Shown: positions 11,667 to 20,347, counted from the first letter of the stretch. The stretch: 64,000 nt of DNA from Roseibacillus sp. (GCA_051251855.1 JBPOGI010000002.1:64001-128000); one strand, 5' to 3'. Program-made: numbers and translations. The notes: generated by a model from the letters alone, not told the origin.

Positions 11667-13412
11667 TTACGGATGACAATTCACATGAACGAGTTCTGGG
11701 ACGGAATTGCCGTCCCGAAGAGTGGAGACTTGCTGCATACCGTCGCCTGCTAAGAAGCGTCGTTTGCAGTGCGTGCATTTCCCGAGCTGACGCTTGAGAG
11801 ATGAGCGGTTAATCCCACTGGGTATATTTGGATAGGAAGAGGTTCGCCCCCCCCAGTAGTGCCAATCCCCATCAAAGTATGACCGGGAGATTTGCACCAT
11901 GGGAGGAGACCATGCGGTAGATACGTCAGCCACTTTAAAGAGTGTGACATGTTCACCTGCGGGCGACACGTAAGGGCTTTTAAAAACCCAACTGCGTTCC
12001 CGGTCTTCACCATCGCGTCTCTTCATCGGTTTGCCTTCCTTGTCGCGTTCAATCCCTCCGAAGAGGTTATCCCTGCGCCAAGCGGCGGTCTTATGTTTGA
12101 AGCTCCTACTTCCCCAATGGGAGAGGGCCACATAAATGCGATGATCGACCTTGCTGAATGTTCTCTTTGCATTGCAGTGGCGAAAGTAGTTCGCCCATCC
12201 AGCTTGCTTGGCATTTGTCCGACGGATCAAAGTAGAAACTTTGTCGTCTTGGCCTTTGGACATTTGGTGCCTATGTGCTCCTCTTTGCTTCTTGAGGATT
12301 TTAGTATTCTTGATGTAGCCCCTTATTTCGGTCAGATGGCGGGAGACGCTTTTATCTGAGGGAGTGACGATGAAATAGGGTGGTGTTCCTGGCTGTTTAG
12401 CCGGATCGTTGTATCTAGGCTTGCTGAAGTGTTGGAAGTGGAATCCGAGGAAGGTAAATCCAGCACGGTCTCCGTCCTCCGCTTTCTCAAGCGTGTGCCT
12501 AATTTTGGTTTTGCTAGGGTTCAGTGACAGACTGAATTTGCTGAGATATTCCACGAGGGCTATCTGCGCATCTTTGACGATGTCTTTGTCTTCGTGGAAG
12601 ACAAGGAGGTCGTCGGCATAAATAACCAACCCGGGTGTTGGACATCCTTTGGGGAGGATGAGCTTTTCGTTGATGAAATCGGGTAGCCCGGTCATCACGA
12701 TATTGGCGAGGAGAGGGCAAAGAGGGCCTCCTTGCGGAATGCCGTCTTCTTGTTCTCCATCAAGTGTCACCAGTATTCTGCTGACCGCCTTTCGGATCCC
12801 TCTGGTCGAGTCGATCTTTGCTATCAATGTCTCTCGGTCGATGGAGTCGAAAAATTTAGAAATGTCAGCGTCGAGGACCCACGAAGGGCGCTTCCTGAGC
12901 ATGTTCTCAATTTGTCGTCTGGCATCCTGCTGACTTCGCCCCTTTCTGAACCCGAACATGCGTTTGGGAAAGCGTGCTTCGCTCTGGGGTTCGAGCGCCA
13001 TCCGAATCAGTTCCTGGTGGGCTCTGTCGATCAGGTTAGGGATGCTCAGTTTGCGTTTTTCATTCGTGCCCGCCTTTGCGATCTCGGTGTATCGGGGCGG
13101 GGAAGGCTGGTGCTTTAGAGAGAGCGCGATTGCCATCTCGTAGCATGTTTCCTTGTTGGGATTTTTAAGTCTATCCGGTCCGGCCGTTTTGCGGCCGTTG
13201 TTTTGTAAGCAGACTTTGCGCACAGCCAGCGCGCGTGCGCTGAATGATCGCGTAAGTCGCTTTTGCAATCTTTGTGTTAAATGTGAATTTTCACCGTTTC
13301 GTGTGGCGTGATAAATGGCGCTTTGAATTGTGAAAGCTTCCTGTTGAAGCTCTTCCCAATCTAGCTTGTTCCAATTCTGTGCGGCCTGTTGCCGCGATGT
13401 TTTGTGGTTCAT
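11667..13412 (-). CDS. Group II intron reverse transcriptase/maturase (RVT_N + RT + X), degenerate C-terminal HNH
   Basis: WNKLDW, GRKTAGPD, KRKLSIP..DR, FGFRKGRS, DADISKFFD, PQGG, YADD, FLGF, GWANYF. Start moved to MNHKTS because the track start at 13481 falls in DIII. Confidence 0.93.
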   Translation of the reverse strand: MNHKTSRQQAAQNWNKLDWEELQQEAFTIQSAIYHATRNGENSHLTQRLQKRLTRSFSARALAVRKVCLQNNGRKTAGPDRLKNPNKETCYEMAIALSLKHQPSPPRYTEIAKAGTNEKRKLSIPNLIDRAHQELIRMALEPQSEARFPKRMFGFRKGRSQQDARRQIENMLRKRPSWVLDADISKFFDSIDRETLIAKIDSTRGIRKAVSRILVTLDGEQEDGIPQGGPLCPLLANIVMTGLPDFINEKLILPKGCPTPGLVIYADDLLVFHEDKDIVKDAQIALVEYLSKFSLSLNPSKTKIRHTLEKAEDGDRAGFTFLGFHFQHFSKPRYNDPAKQPGTPPYFIVTPSDKSVSRHLTEIRGYIKNTKILKKQRGAHRHQMSKGQDDKVSTLIRRTNAKQAGWANYFRHCNAKRTFSKVDHRIYVALSHWGSRSFKHKTAAWRRDNLFGGIERDKEGKPMKRRDGEDRERSWVFKSPYVSPAGEHVTLFKVADVSTAWSPPMVQISRSYFDGDWHYWGGRTSSYPNIPSGINRSSLKRQLGKCTHCKRRFLAGDGMQQVSTLRDGNSVPELVHVNCHP

Positions 13413-14064
13413 AGAATCGAAGACTGCCTTTTGGTCGTCTTTCCGCGAATTCAGCCTATCCCTTCGATTACCGAAGGGCATTCGCTTGGTCGCTTACCTA
13501 CCCGGGAAGGCATAAGGCTAGGTCCCATCCCTTGCGTCGCCGCGAGGGAAGCCAGTCCCGGTGTCCGAGTTTTCTTGAGGTCTGCGTATGCCGGAAGTCT
13601 TGCGTGCTCCACGCCGCGAAAAGCTCTAGCTGAAACTAGAAACCTGGCGGATAACTGAATCACACATCATCAGCTACAGGTAGGAAGGCATAAGGCCTTT
13701 CCTCTTTTCGGCATTGTTGTTACGACGCTCGATAACACGTTCGCTGTTCGCTCAACTCTTCCGGCGCAAGGTCTGCCCGCTACCCCCAGGATCGCTTCTA
13801 GTGCTAACCCGGAAGGGGCTTTCCTTCGCCTACCGCGCGGCGGCTATCGCGCTCCGTAAAAAGGGGCGTGATAGCTTACCTCAAGAACATCAAGTTCGGG
13901 ATTGGACCGGAACTTGTGGCTCTTTCCTCTTCCCCGACAGAATGCCGGCGAAGCTCCCAGAGCCAATCACGTCGCTTGAGTGAAAATTAAAAAATAGGAT
14001 ATGTTAAAGAACAGGGGACTGAAGAGCAGTGCTCTTTCAGCGGGCACTCGGGCCCTAGGTATTG

Positions 14065-14310
14065 TCACGCGTCGCCACCTTCGGCCTGACCATCGAGGTA
14101 AGACTTTAGGCTCTCAAAACACACCAGCCGTCGACCGGTTTTGTGCCCTTTCTTCTTCAGCAGCACCGACTTGATTTTTCGGTTGCCGATGAGCGCATAG
14201 AGGGTGGTTCGTCCGATTCCAAAAAGCTGAACAGCTTCCGGGATGCGGATGTAAACCGGGTCGCGATTGACCGTGGTGCTTTGTGTTGGTTCCGTCGGGG
14301 ACATGGCCAA
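14065..14310 (-). CDS. Excisionase/AlpA-like HTH protein
   Basis: YIRIPEAVQLFGIGRTTLYALI...IKS...GRRLV..ESL..YL. Confidence 0.8.
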   Translation of the reverse strand: MAMSPTEPTQSTTVNRDPVYIRIPEAVQLFGIGRTTLYALIGNRKIKSVLLKKKGHKTGRRLVCFESLKSYLDGQAEGGDA

Positions 14311-14611
14311 AGCTGTCGTCGAATCGGAGGTGAATTCAATGGAGAAATGAGCGTGGAGTCCGGCTAACTACCGGATAAAACTGCTTTATCCTTTTTTATC
14401 TTTTCGGGTGGATGTGGCTAATTTTTAGTGGTTTGTGGCTCGGCCAGATTGGGGTTTTCTGATCGAACTCAAAAAGTGTGCCTGCCGGCTCTGAGTTCGC
14501 CGGAGATTGCCCTGTTAGAAACATTTTCCGCCACGCTTTGAGCAGATTGGGAGGGAGAGGAGGCTCGTGAAGCGGCTTACAAGGGGCGGTTGCACCGAGC
14601 TTCGTGGAGCT

Positions 14612-14660
14612 AAAAAAGTCTGCCGCAGGGGCACCATGTGGCACCCCGGCAGCAGACTTT
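14612..14660 (-). terminator. Intrinsic terminator after DUF932 gene
   Basis: Long GC-rich stem (GTCTGC..GGGGTGCC/GGTGCCCC..GCAGAC) plus T6. Confidence 0.7.
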
Positions 14661-14667
14661 GCTAGCT

Positions 14668-15474
14668 CTAATTTGCGATACCAACAAAGCCGTCGCAAAG
14701 GCCATGGAGAGCCTCGCTACGGCGCATTGTGGTTGCTGGATTTTGCTTCTTGTATGCCTCGGTAAAGGCGTTGAAGAGGCTCCACAGATTCCGTGGTCGG
14801 AATTCACCGTGCGATGGTTCACGCCATTCCTTGAGGACTTCAGGGAGCTGGCTTGGAGTGATTGCGTTGCAATCCACAGCTCGGACAACCATGTCGTGTG
14901 CCGCCCAATCGGCGACCAAGGCATTCTTGTATGAGTCGATGCGTTTGTCCAACTTCTCGAATCGGTCTCCGAGTTGCCCGATAGCGCCAGCAGTAAGCTC
15001 TCGTAGATCCCTGTAGGCGTGCCGGGTGTGTTTCCGGCTGATTTTCACCTCACCGCAAAAGGCGAGGTTGTCACAGGTGAAGACCGAGGTGCCAGCGACA
15101 ACGCCAGCAGGAAAGGTCTTATCATGACTATTTCGCAGGCCAACGACCCATGCATAGTCACGCTCATCTTGGCCGAATTGCTTAACTTCCATCACGCCGA
15201 AGTAGCGAGCGCCTTCGTGAGAGAGAGCATGGCTTTCTCGACCGATAGAAAAGCCACAACCTTCGAGCCTGCTTTGCACTTCCTCCAAAAGAGCACGGTG
15301 AGACAAGGGAAACCATGTGTCGGTTCCGCGAGGCGTCTTTACTCCGTAGAGGGTATTTCGGTCGACAAGGTCAGCACCGCAATGCAGCAGCATTCCTTTG
15401 ACTGGTTGTTCTGGGACAGGAGCGACGATGCTGAATGGAGTCGGCTCGCCGGTGGGTAGTGGTAATATGTTCAT
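14668..15474 (-). CDS. DUF932-family protein
   Basis: MLLHCGA, TWFPLSH, RYFG, GLRNSHDK, VFTCDNLAF, RKHTR; probable start MNILPLP. Confidence 0.8.
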   Translation of the reverse strand: MNILPLPTGEPTPFSIVAPVPEQPVKGMLLHCGADLVDRNTLYGVKTPRGTDTWFPLSHRALLEEVQSRLEGCGFSIGRESHALSHEGARYFGVMEVKQFGQDERDYAWVVGLRNSHDKTFPAGVVAGTSVFTCDNLAFCGEVKISRKHTRHAYRDLRELTAGAIGQLGDRFEKLDKRIDSYKNALVADWAAHDMVVRAVDCNAITPSQLPEVLKEWREPSHGEFRPRNLWSLFNAFTEAYKKQNPATTMRRSEALHGLCDGFVGIAN

Positions 15475-15499
15475 AATTTTTGTTTTGTAGTTTTTAGAG

Positions 15500-15540
15500 A
15501 AAAGAAAAAGGGCGGCTTCGAAGTGAATCGAAACCGCCCT
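15500..15540 (-). terminator. Intrinsic terminator-like hairpin
   Basis: AGGGCGGTTTCGA..TCGAAGCCGCCCT plus T-rich tail. Confidence 0.65.
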
Positions 15541-15564
15541 CATTTGTGTCGTGGTGCTAAGTGC

Positions 15565-16353
15565 CTAACAGGTGCTTTCAGCTCCCTGCCATTTCAGGCA
15601 CTCTTCGCGGTATGCGCACCACGAGCAGTGCATCCCGGGTTGTGGATGGAAGACCCCGTCCGCGATGCCTTGGACCGCAGTCTCAAGCATGGTGATCACG
15701 CGATGCTTCCGCGCTTCGTCGGCGGGCGGTGTGCTAATACGGATCACCGACGGTGTCTTCGTCTTCACAAGAAATACAAGATCGAGCGATGGCGGTTTTT
15801 CACCATTGGCCTCAAGCATGAGCTGGTAGCTCACGAGTTGAAGTTCATGATCGAAAACTGCCTGTGCTGGGTTCGGCTTAGAGGCAGCGGACTTAAAATC
15901 GACAGGCGTAAAGTCGCCCTCAACCAAATCCATCGCCCCCGTTAAAGGCACCGAGAGCCCAGGAATATCTTCCTTGAGAAAGACCTCCACCGCCTTTGGC
16001 TTTTTCTTCAACACTTCGGGGGAAGCGAGATAGGCAGAGATAACACGCTGACCATCAGCCATCGCTTTTTCACGCTTGGTCGAGTCGCCGAAGTTCATAG
16101 GGCCCTCGTCTTGCTCCAGTTGCAGAAAGGCCTCGTCGAAGGCCGTCGCTACGAATTCTGAAGAATCATCCTCGCCTCGCCATCTTGCTAGGTGGAAGGC
16201 TTGCAGAGCTGCATGAATCGCCTTCCCCAGATGGAGCGCAACCGAAGTCGGCTTCTTGATGTTCGCCACGCGCTCAAAGTAGAAGCGCAACGAGCAGCCT
16301 AAATACGATTTGGCTGCCGAGGGGCTAATGTATTCGGGAAGAGTTTGCATCAC
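15565..16353 (-). CDS. Cas4/RecB-like PD-(D/E)XK exonuclease with four-Cys motif
   Basis: ISPS...YLGC, GKAIH, GAMDLV..VDFKS, QLVSY, HCSWCAYREEC. Confidence 0.85.
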   Translation of the reverse strand: MMQTLPEYISPSAAKSYLGCSLRFYFERVANIKKPTSVALHLGKAIHAALQAFHLARWRGEDDSSEFVATAFDEAFLQLEQDEGPMNFGDSTKREKAMADGQRVISAYLASPEVLKKKPKAVEVFLKEDIPGLSVPLTGAMDLVEGDFTPVDFKSAASKPNPAQAVFDHELQLVSYQLMLEANGEKPPSLDLVFLVKTKTPSVIRISTPPADEARKHRVITMLETAVQGIADGVFHPQPGMHCSWCAYREECLKWQGAESTC

Positions 16354-16883
16354 GCTGCCCTTCTACGATTGCCCCCGGAATAAGCTGATTTGCTCCGGGG
16401 ATTTCCGCCGCCTTTTGGCTTTCCGCCATAGAGGTCCAGCAACTCGTCAATGAGTCCCGACGCCTCAAGCTTGTTCAGACGTTTTACTCCCGTGCCGAAG
16501 CGTTCGACCGCGAGGGCCTCGATGTCCTTTTTGTTCAGCTGGTTCTCGTCCACGATCTTGAGGATTAAGTCGCGCTGTTTTTCGGAACAGCTCCAGCCCG
16601 ATCTGCTTTGCCATTGGGTGATGTTTGTAGGCTCCAGATCAGAAGTCGCTTCCGATGCTGAAGAGGAATCCGGTTGGTCCATTCCATAAGTGGAATTCGG
16701 GACGAATCCTGTCTCCAGAATCTGCCGATCCACATTTTCCTGAAGCAAATGGTAGAGACTTTCAGACTCCTGTTCGAAGTCATCAGTTGTCATCAACTCC
16801 GTCTCGACTGAGACTGAGTATTGGTGTGAGGAGTAGCCCGGAAGTCCCAAGCGTTTTGAATAGTTTGCAATAAGTTTGATCAT
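16350..16883 (-). CDS. Hypothetical protein of integrative-element module
   Basis: 177 aa, ANYSKRLGLPGYSSHQYSVSVE; 4-bp overlap with the nuclease gene. Confidence 0.75.
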   Translation of the reverse strand: MIKLIANYSKRLGLPGYSSHQYSVSVETELMTTDDFEQESESLYHLLQENVDRQILETGFVPNSTYGMDQPDSSSASEATSDLEPTNITQWQSRSGWSCSEKQRDLILKIVDENQLNKKDIEALAVERFGTGVKRLNKLEASGLIDELLDLYGGKPKGGGNPRSKSAYSGGNRRRAA

Positions 16884-16916
16884 AATTTTAATTGGTTGAG
16901 GTTAAATTGAATGGAC

Positions 16917-17060
16917 TTAGCGCACCTGAGCTAGTCGGAACAGCAGTGTCACCACAACCGCTCCGGCTAACATTGGGAGCCAAAAGTCCGAAAAGACCGA
17001 GCAAGCCAACGCCACAAGCGAAAGCCATGCGAAGCCTTTGAGATAAGAAATCGGGTTCAT
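16917..17060 (-). CDS. Small hydrophobic membrane protein (47 aa; not in ORF track)
   Basis: MNPISYLKGFAWLSLVALACSVFSDFWLPMLAGAVVVTLLFRLAQVR; fills the gap between co-oriented genes. Confidence 0.55.
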   Translation of the reverse strand: MNPISYLKGFAWLSLVALACSVFSDFWLPMLAGAVVVTLLFRLAQVR

Positions 17061-17078
17061 GCGAAACGACGTTGAGGG

Positions 17079-17327
17079 TTAGTCCAACATGCGTCCCAAG
17101 ACACAAACTACCGAGGCTCCTAGCATCGCGAACCCAATCACTTTCAACCCGGAACCAACTGGCTCGGTATCAGTGACAGGGCGTGGTGGGGGAGGGGGCT
17201 CTTCTTCTTTACAAGAAGCACAAGCCAACACCGCCCCAGCAAGAGGAAGCAATAAAAGCCGACGTCGAAGCCGGCCTGAAAAAGAGCCCGCTGGACCCTT
17301 CCGAAGAAGAATAGAATGAGTAGTCAT
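17079..17327 (-). CDS. Small lipoprotein-like membrane protein
   Basis: RRRLLLLPLAGAVLACASC signal/lipobox-like segment, poly-Pro, C-terminal hydrophobic helix. Confidence 0.55.
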   Translation of the reverse strand: MTTHSILLRKGPAGSFSGRLRRRLLLLPLAGAVLACASCKEEEPPPPPRPVTDTEPVGSGLKVIGFAMLGASVVCVLGRMLD

Positions 17328-17351
17328 AAGAATTTCAATGAGGTTAAAGCA

Positions 17352-17383
17352 CAAAGAGCCCAGCATTATTGCTGGGCTCTTTG
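17352..17383. repeat. Perfect 14-bp inverted repeat
   Basis: CAAAGAGCCCAGCA-ttat-TGCTGGGCTCTTTG. Confidence 0.85.
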
Positions 17384-17542
17384 CAGAAGTGATTAAGGCT
17401 AAAACGCCTCTCTCAATTTCTTATGACACGTGAGAGGAGGGAATTGCACCGATCAGAGTCAGAACAGGAGTTTAAAGCCACGGAGTTAAGCTCCTCTGTC
17501 CAGAATTGACTAGTTTCCTGCTTCCGCTTTTACTCACTTGCA

Positions 17543-19021
17543 GTGAAATGGTTTTATTTAGATAATGAGGATTCTGTAGTCGGCCCAGCTACCGAATCGG
17601 CCATCCGGGAGCTTTACGCAGAAAATATTCTGAAAAGAGGAGCGCTAATTGCTGCCGAGGGAACTGAAGAATGGGTCCCAGTCGAAGAAACGATCACAGG
17701 TCTCAGCTCTGAGGCTTCCTCAATTCCTTCTCCTCCCGCAGTAGATACTCAGCAAAGCAGTGCTCCCAAGAATCGGCTGGAGTCCAAGAAGCCAGGAGTT
17801 CCAACGATCGACAAAAAGCGTATGCGCGAAGTCGGGCTAAAAGCCGGCGAAGCGGGTATCAAAGCCAGCGCTGCTGCAGGAAGCGCGGCCGGAACTTTTG
17901 CCAGCACCGGAAAATTATTCACTGAGCGCTTCTTGAGAAGTGACCTTCTCAACCAAACTTTAACTAAGGATGAATTTGAAAAGCTTGAGACCGCCAATTC
18001 CCCGATCGATAGCACCGCAGTGAGAAATCTGCTTGCGTGGCGAAGATCGCTTCTTTGGATCGCAGGATTGGCTTTAATTTTGAGTAGTGTTCTGTCACTC
18101 GATCATTTTGTGGGTAGTACTGGAGATAACTTTCCGTGGATTTGGTGGGTAACCGAGGGCACTCAGGCTCTCTCGGTCTTTTTAGCTGGAGTTTTAGCTC
18201 TTCGAGGAGCTGTGATTTGGACCAATATTAAAAATACGAGAAGGTTTGCACGTTATAGCTGGATTTGCATGTTTGTAGTCCCATTCGTAATAGCTTTAAT
18301 ACCGATTACTCCTTTCTTAGATGACCGAATATATGATTCGTTTCTAAAAGGAGAAATTCGGGTACAGCTTGTAATTGAGTCCTTTAGGACGCTCACTCCT
18401 CTGGTTTTCGGACTTTTTTCAGGAGTCATCCGATCCTCTTTGACTCTTAAAACGATGCTCCCAGAGTCTCCCATGCCAGGTTGGGTTGCTGCGATTTTGT
18501 CTCCTATATTTAGTTTGGTGTATCTTATCTTTCTGGTCGCATCAGTGCAGTCTGAGCAGCTTTTGCTGTCGGTAGCGTTTGGGGGTTTGTTGATGGGACC
18601 GCTGATTCTGACACTAAATGTTAGAAATCTCACACGGCCGGTTTCTCATTCGGGCCTTGAAAAAGGTCTAAACAAGGCCCGCCGAGCTAGTCGGCTCGCG
18701 ACAACTTTAGGTTTTGTTGCCTTGCTTCTTTTTCTAGTCGTCAATTTTGAGTTTGTCTCCGATCTTCAGATCGGACTCCTAGGTGTCATTAACTTTCTCT
18801 TAGGGCTGATTGCATCGGTCTTAGTGATTACGGTAGCTAGCTCTGATTTCCTCCTTAGCCTTTTTAAGTCCTCATTTGATCGGGAGGCAGAACTTAAAAG
18901 CACTCCTCTTTATGATGACCTAAATTTGCGCTTCATTGAACTCGATCAGCTCGGGCTTACGGAATTGCAAGCAGGCGAGGAGGAGTTACTGAAAAAAGTG
19001 AGAGGGAAAAGAGATGAGTAA
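17543..19021 (+). CDS. GYF_2 (DUF4339) domain multi-pass membrane protein
   Basis: KWFY.....VGP....IREL.......LI..EG.EEW.P, then several hydrophobic segments. Confidence 0.75.
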   Translation: MKWFYLDNEDSVVGPATESAIRELYAENILKRGALIAAEGTEEWVPVEETITGLSSEASSIPSPPAVDTQQSSAPKNRLESKKPGVPTIDKKRMREVGLKAGEAGIKASAAAGSAAGTFASTGKLFTERFLRSDLLNQTLTKDEFEKLETANSPIDSTAVRNLLAWRRSLLWIAGLALILSSVLSLDHFVGSTGDNFPWIWWVTEGTQALSVFLAGVLALRGAVIWTNIKNTRRFARYSWICMFVVPFVIALIPITPFLDDRIYDSFLKGEIRVQLVIESFRTLTPLVFGLFSGVIRSSLTLKTMLPESPMPGWVAAILSPIFSLVYLIFLVASVQSEQLLLSVAFGGLLMGPLILTLNVRNLTRPVSHSGLEKGLNKARRASRLATTLGFVALLLFLVVNFEFVSDLQIGLLGVINFLLGLIASVLVITVASSDFLLSLFKSSFDREAELKSTPLYDDLNLRFIELDQLGLTELQAGEEELLKKVRGKRDE

Positions 19022-19058
19022 AATCTCAGTCTTCCAAAAACGTTGATTCACCTCTGAT

Positions 19059-20216
19059 TCAGTTGGAGAACCGAGGTAGGGCCGCAGAAGCTTTCTCCAT
19101 CGCTTCGTCGCCGAGGCGGACGTAGACTCGGTGAACGTCGACAGAGTCGTGGCCAACCCACTCTTGAACGACTGCTGCCGGGATGCCTTGAGCATGCAGG
19201 AATGAGACAGCTGTGACCCGGAGGCTGTGAAATGAGAGCTTAGACGCTTGTCTGACGCGATCGCGTCCGTTCTTGGTTGCGCGATGGCTGACCTTCTCTC
19301 GAAGCCCGCAATCGGCAAGAAGGGAGCTAAATTGGTTTGAGAGCGTTGAGGATCCGTTTTCTTCGTAGAGAGCCCCGAGCCTAGGGTGGACCAGCTCTGG
19401 ATGTGAATTCTGTTGCTTCTGGATATTGGCCATGAGGTCATCTGAGATTTTAATTTTCACTGACCGAGAGGTTTTTCGAGTACGGATGCTTAGGCTAGCG
19501 TTTGGGATATCAATGGTGGACCAACGCATAGTGGCAAGGTCACCTAGGCGCTGCCCGGTGTAGATGCCAAAAAGGACCATGCTCTTCCATTCACCGTCGA
19601 TGTGACGCAAGAGGAGTCTGACTTGCTCTTCAGTGAAGGCCTGTCTTTCATCTGCGTTCTTAGAGGGTGCCGCTTTGCGGGAGAGTTTCAGGTTGGCGGT
19701 TGGTTCCTCTAGGCAGAGACCTTCTTTTTGAGCTGCCTTGAAGAGCGCTCTCAAGGCCTTTGTTTTGTTGGTGACAGTGGACTCGGCTACCCGTTCTCTA
19801 AGGTGGTTTCGGTAGCGGGCGATATCGGAGCTGGTGATGTCGGCGAGATCTTGGTCGGCCTGGTCTGCGAGCCAGTCGACAAAGTCCGTGAGGGATTTTT
19901 TGTAGGCTTTGTAAGTGGACTTGCTCGTTTCCCCGGCCTTGCGTTCTAGGTAGAGGCTGAGGTAGCGGCGAACTGTCATCGTGGGAATCAGGTCGCCCGT
20001 GAGTCGTTGATGAAGATCGGAGATCACTTCTTTAACCTGTCGGGCTGAGCGTCGTATTTTGGAAGCGTCCTCAAACTCTTCGGCGAGGCGCTGAGCTTGG
20101 CGGCGGTTCTTATGTTTAGCCGGGAGCTTAGTGGATCGTTCGCAACGTTTTCCGTTCTCATCATACCAAGCGGCGATGAAATATTTTGAGTTCGGTTTGG
20201 TTCGTAGGTAGGCCAT
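19059..20216 (-). CDS. Tyrosine recombinase/integrase
   Basis: TGQRLGD, RKT, FHSLR, VGH, VHRVY; N-terminal arm-binding-like domain. Confidence 0.95.
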   Translation of the reverse strand: MAYLRTKPNSKYFIAAWYDENGKRCERSTKLPAKHKNRRQAQRLAEEFEDASKIRRSARQVKEVISDLHQRLTGDLIPTMTVRRYLSLYLERKAGETSKSTYKAYKKSLTDFVDWLADQADQDLADITSSDIARYRNHLRERVAESTVTNKTKALRALFKAAQKEGLCLEEPTANLKLSRKAAPSKNADERQAFTEEQVRLLLRHIDGEWKSMVLFGIYTGQRLGDLATMRWSTIDIPNASLSIRTRKTSRSVKIKISDDLMANIQKQQNSHPELVHPRLGALYEENGSSTLSNQFSSLLADCGLREKVSHRATKNGRDRVRQASKLSFHSLRVTAVSFLHAQGIPAAVVQEWVGHDSVDVHRVYVRLGDEAMEKASAALPRFSN

Positions 20217-20347
20217 TGAAGGGGGACGTTGGTGACACTAAAAGTGACACTGTAAGAACCCATTCGAGGGTGTTCGTGCAAGTCCAAAAAACGCAGCTGT
20301 AAGGGTTTGAACGGTAGTGAACTACGGCGAACGAAGGTTTCTCTTTC

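Larger units (their letters stand above)
11573..13977 (-). mobile_element. Group II intron (IIB/CL-like) with atypical ribozyme; boundaries inferred
   Basis: DV at 11614-11647, DVI-like stem ending CCAAC at 11573, CL-type DIII motif AAGCGAA.GC..GTAAT..GATAGG at 13455-13487, EBS1-like loop at 13660-13665, RT ORF in the DIV position. Confidence 0.75.

Noticed and set aside
11667..13977. Diversity-generating retroelement
   Set aside because: No TR/VR pair differing at adenines and no Avd-like gene seen; the RT has PQG rather than the DGR SQ motif
14042..14047. GTGCCC on the minus strand as the intron 5' end
   Set aside because: Not GUGYG, followed by a terminator-like hairpin and AT tract, and lacks the EBS1 complement seen at 13978-13983
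14572..14582. GCGGCTTACAA match to the REPIN-like end
   Set aside because: Only 11 bp, with no partner arm or flanking similarity; probably chance
15565..16353. CRISPR-Cas locus suggested by the Cas4-like gene
   Set aside because: No repeat-spacer array or other cas gene noticed in the window
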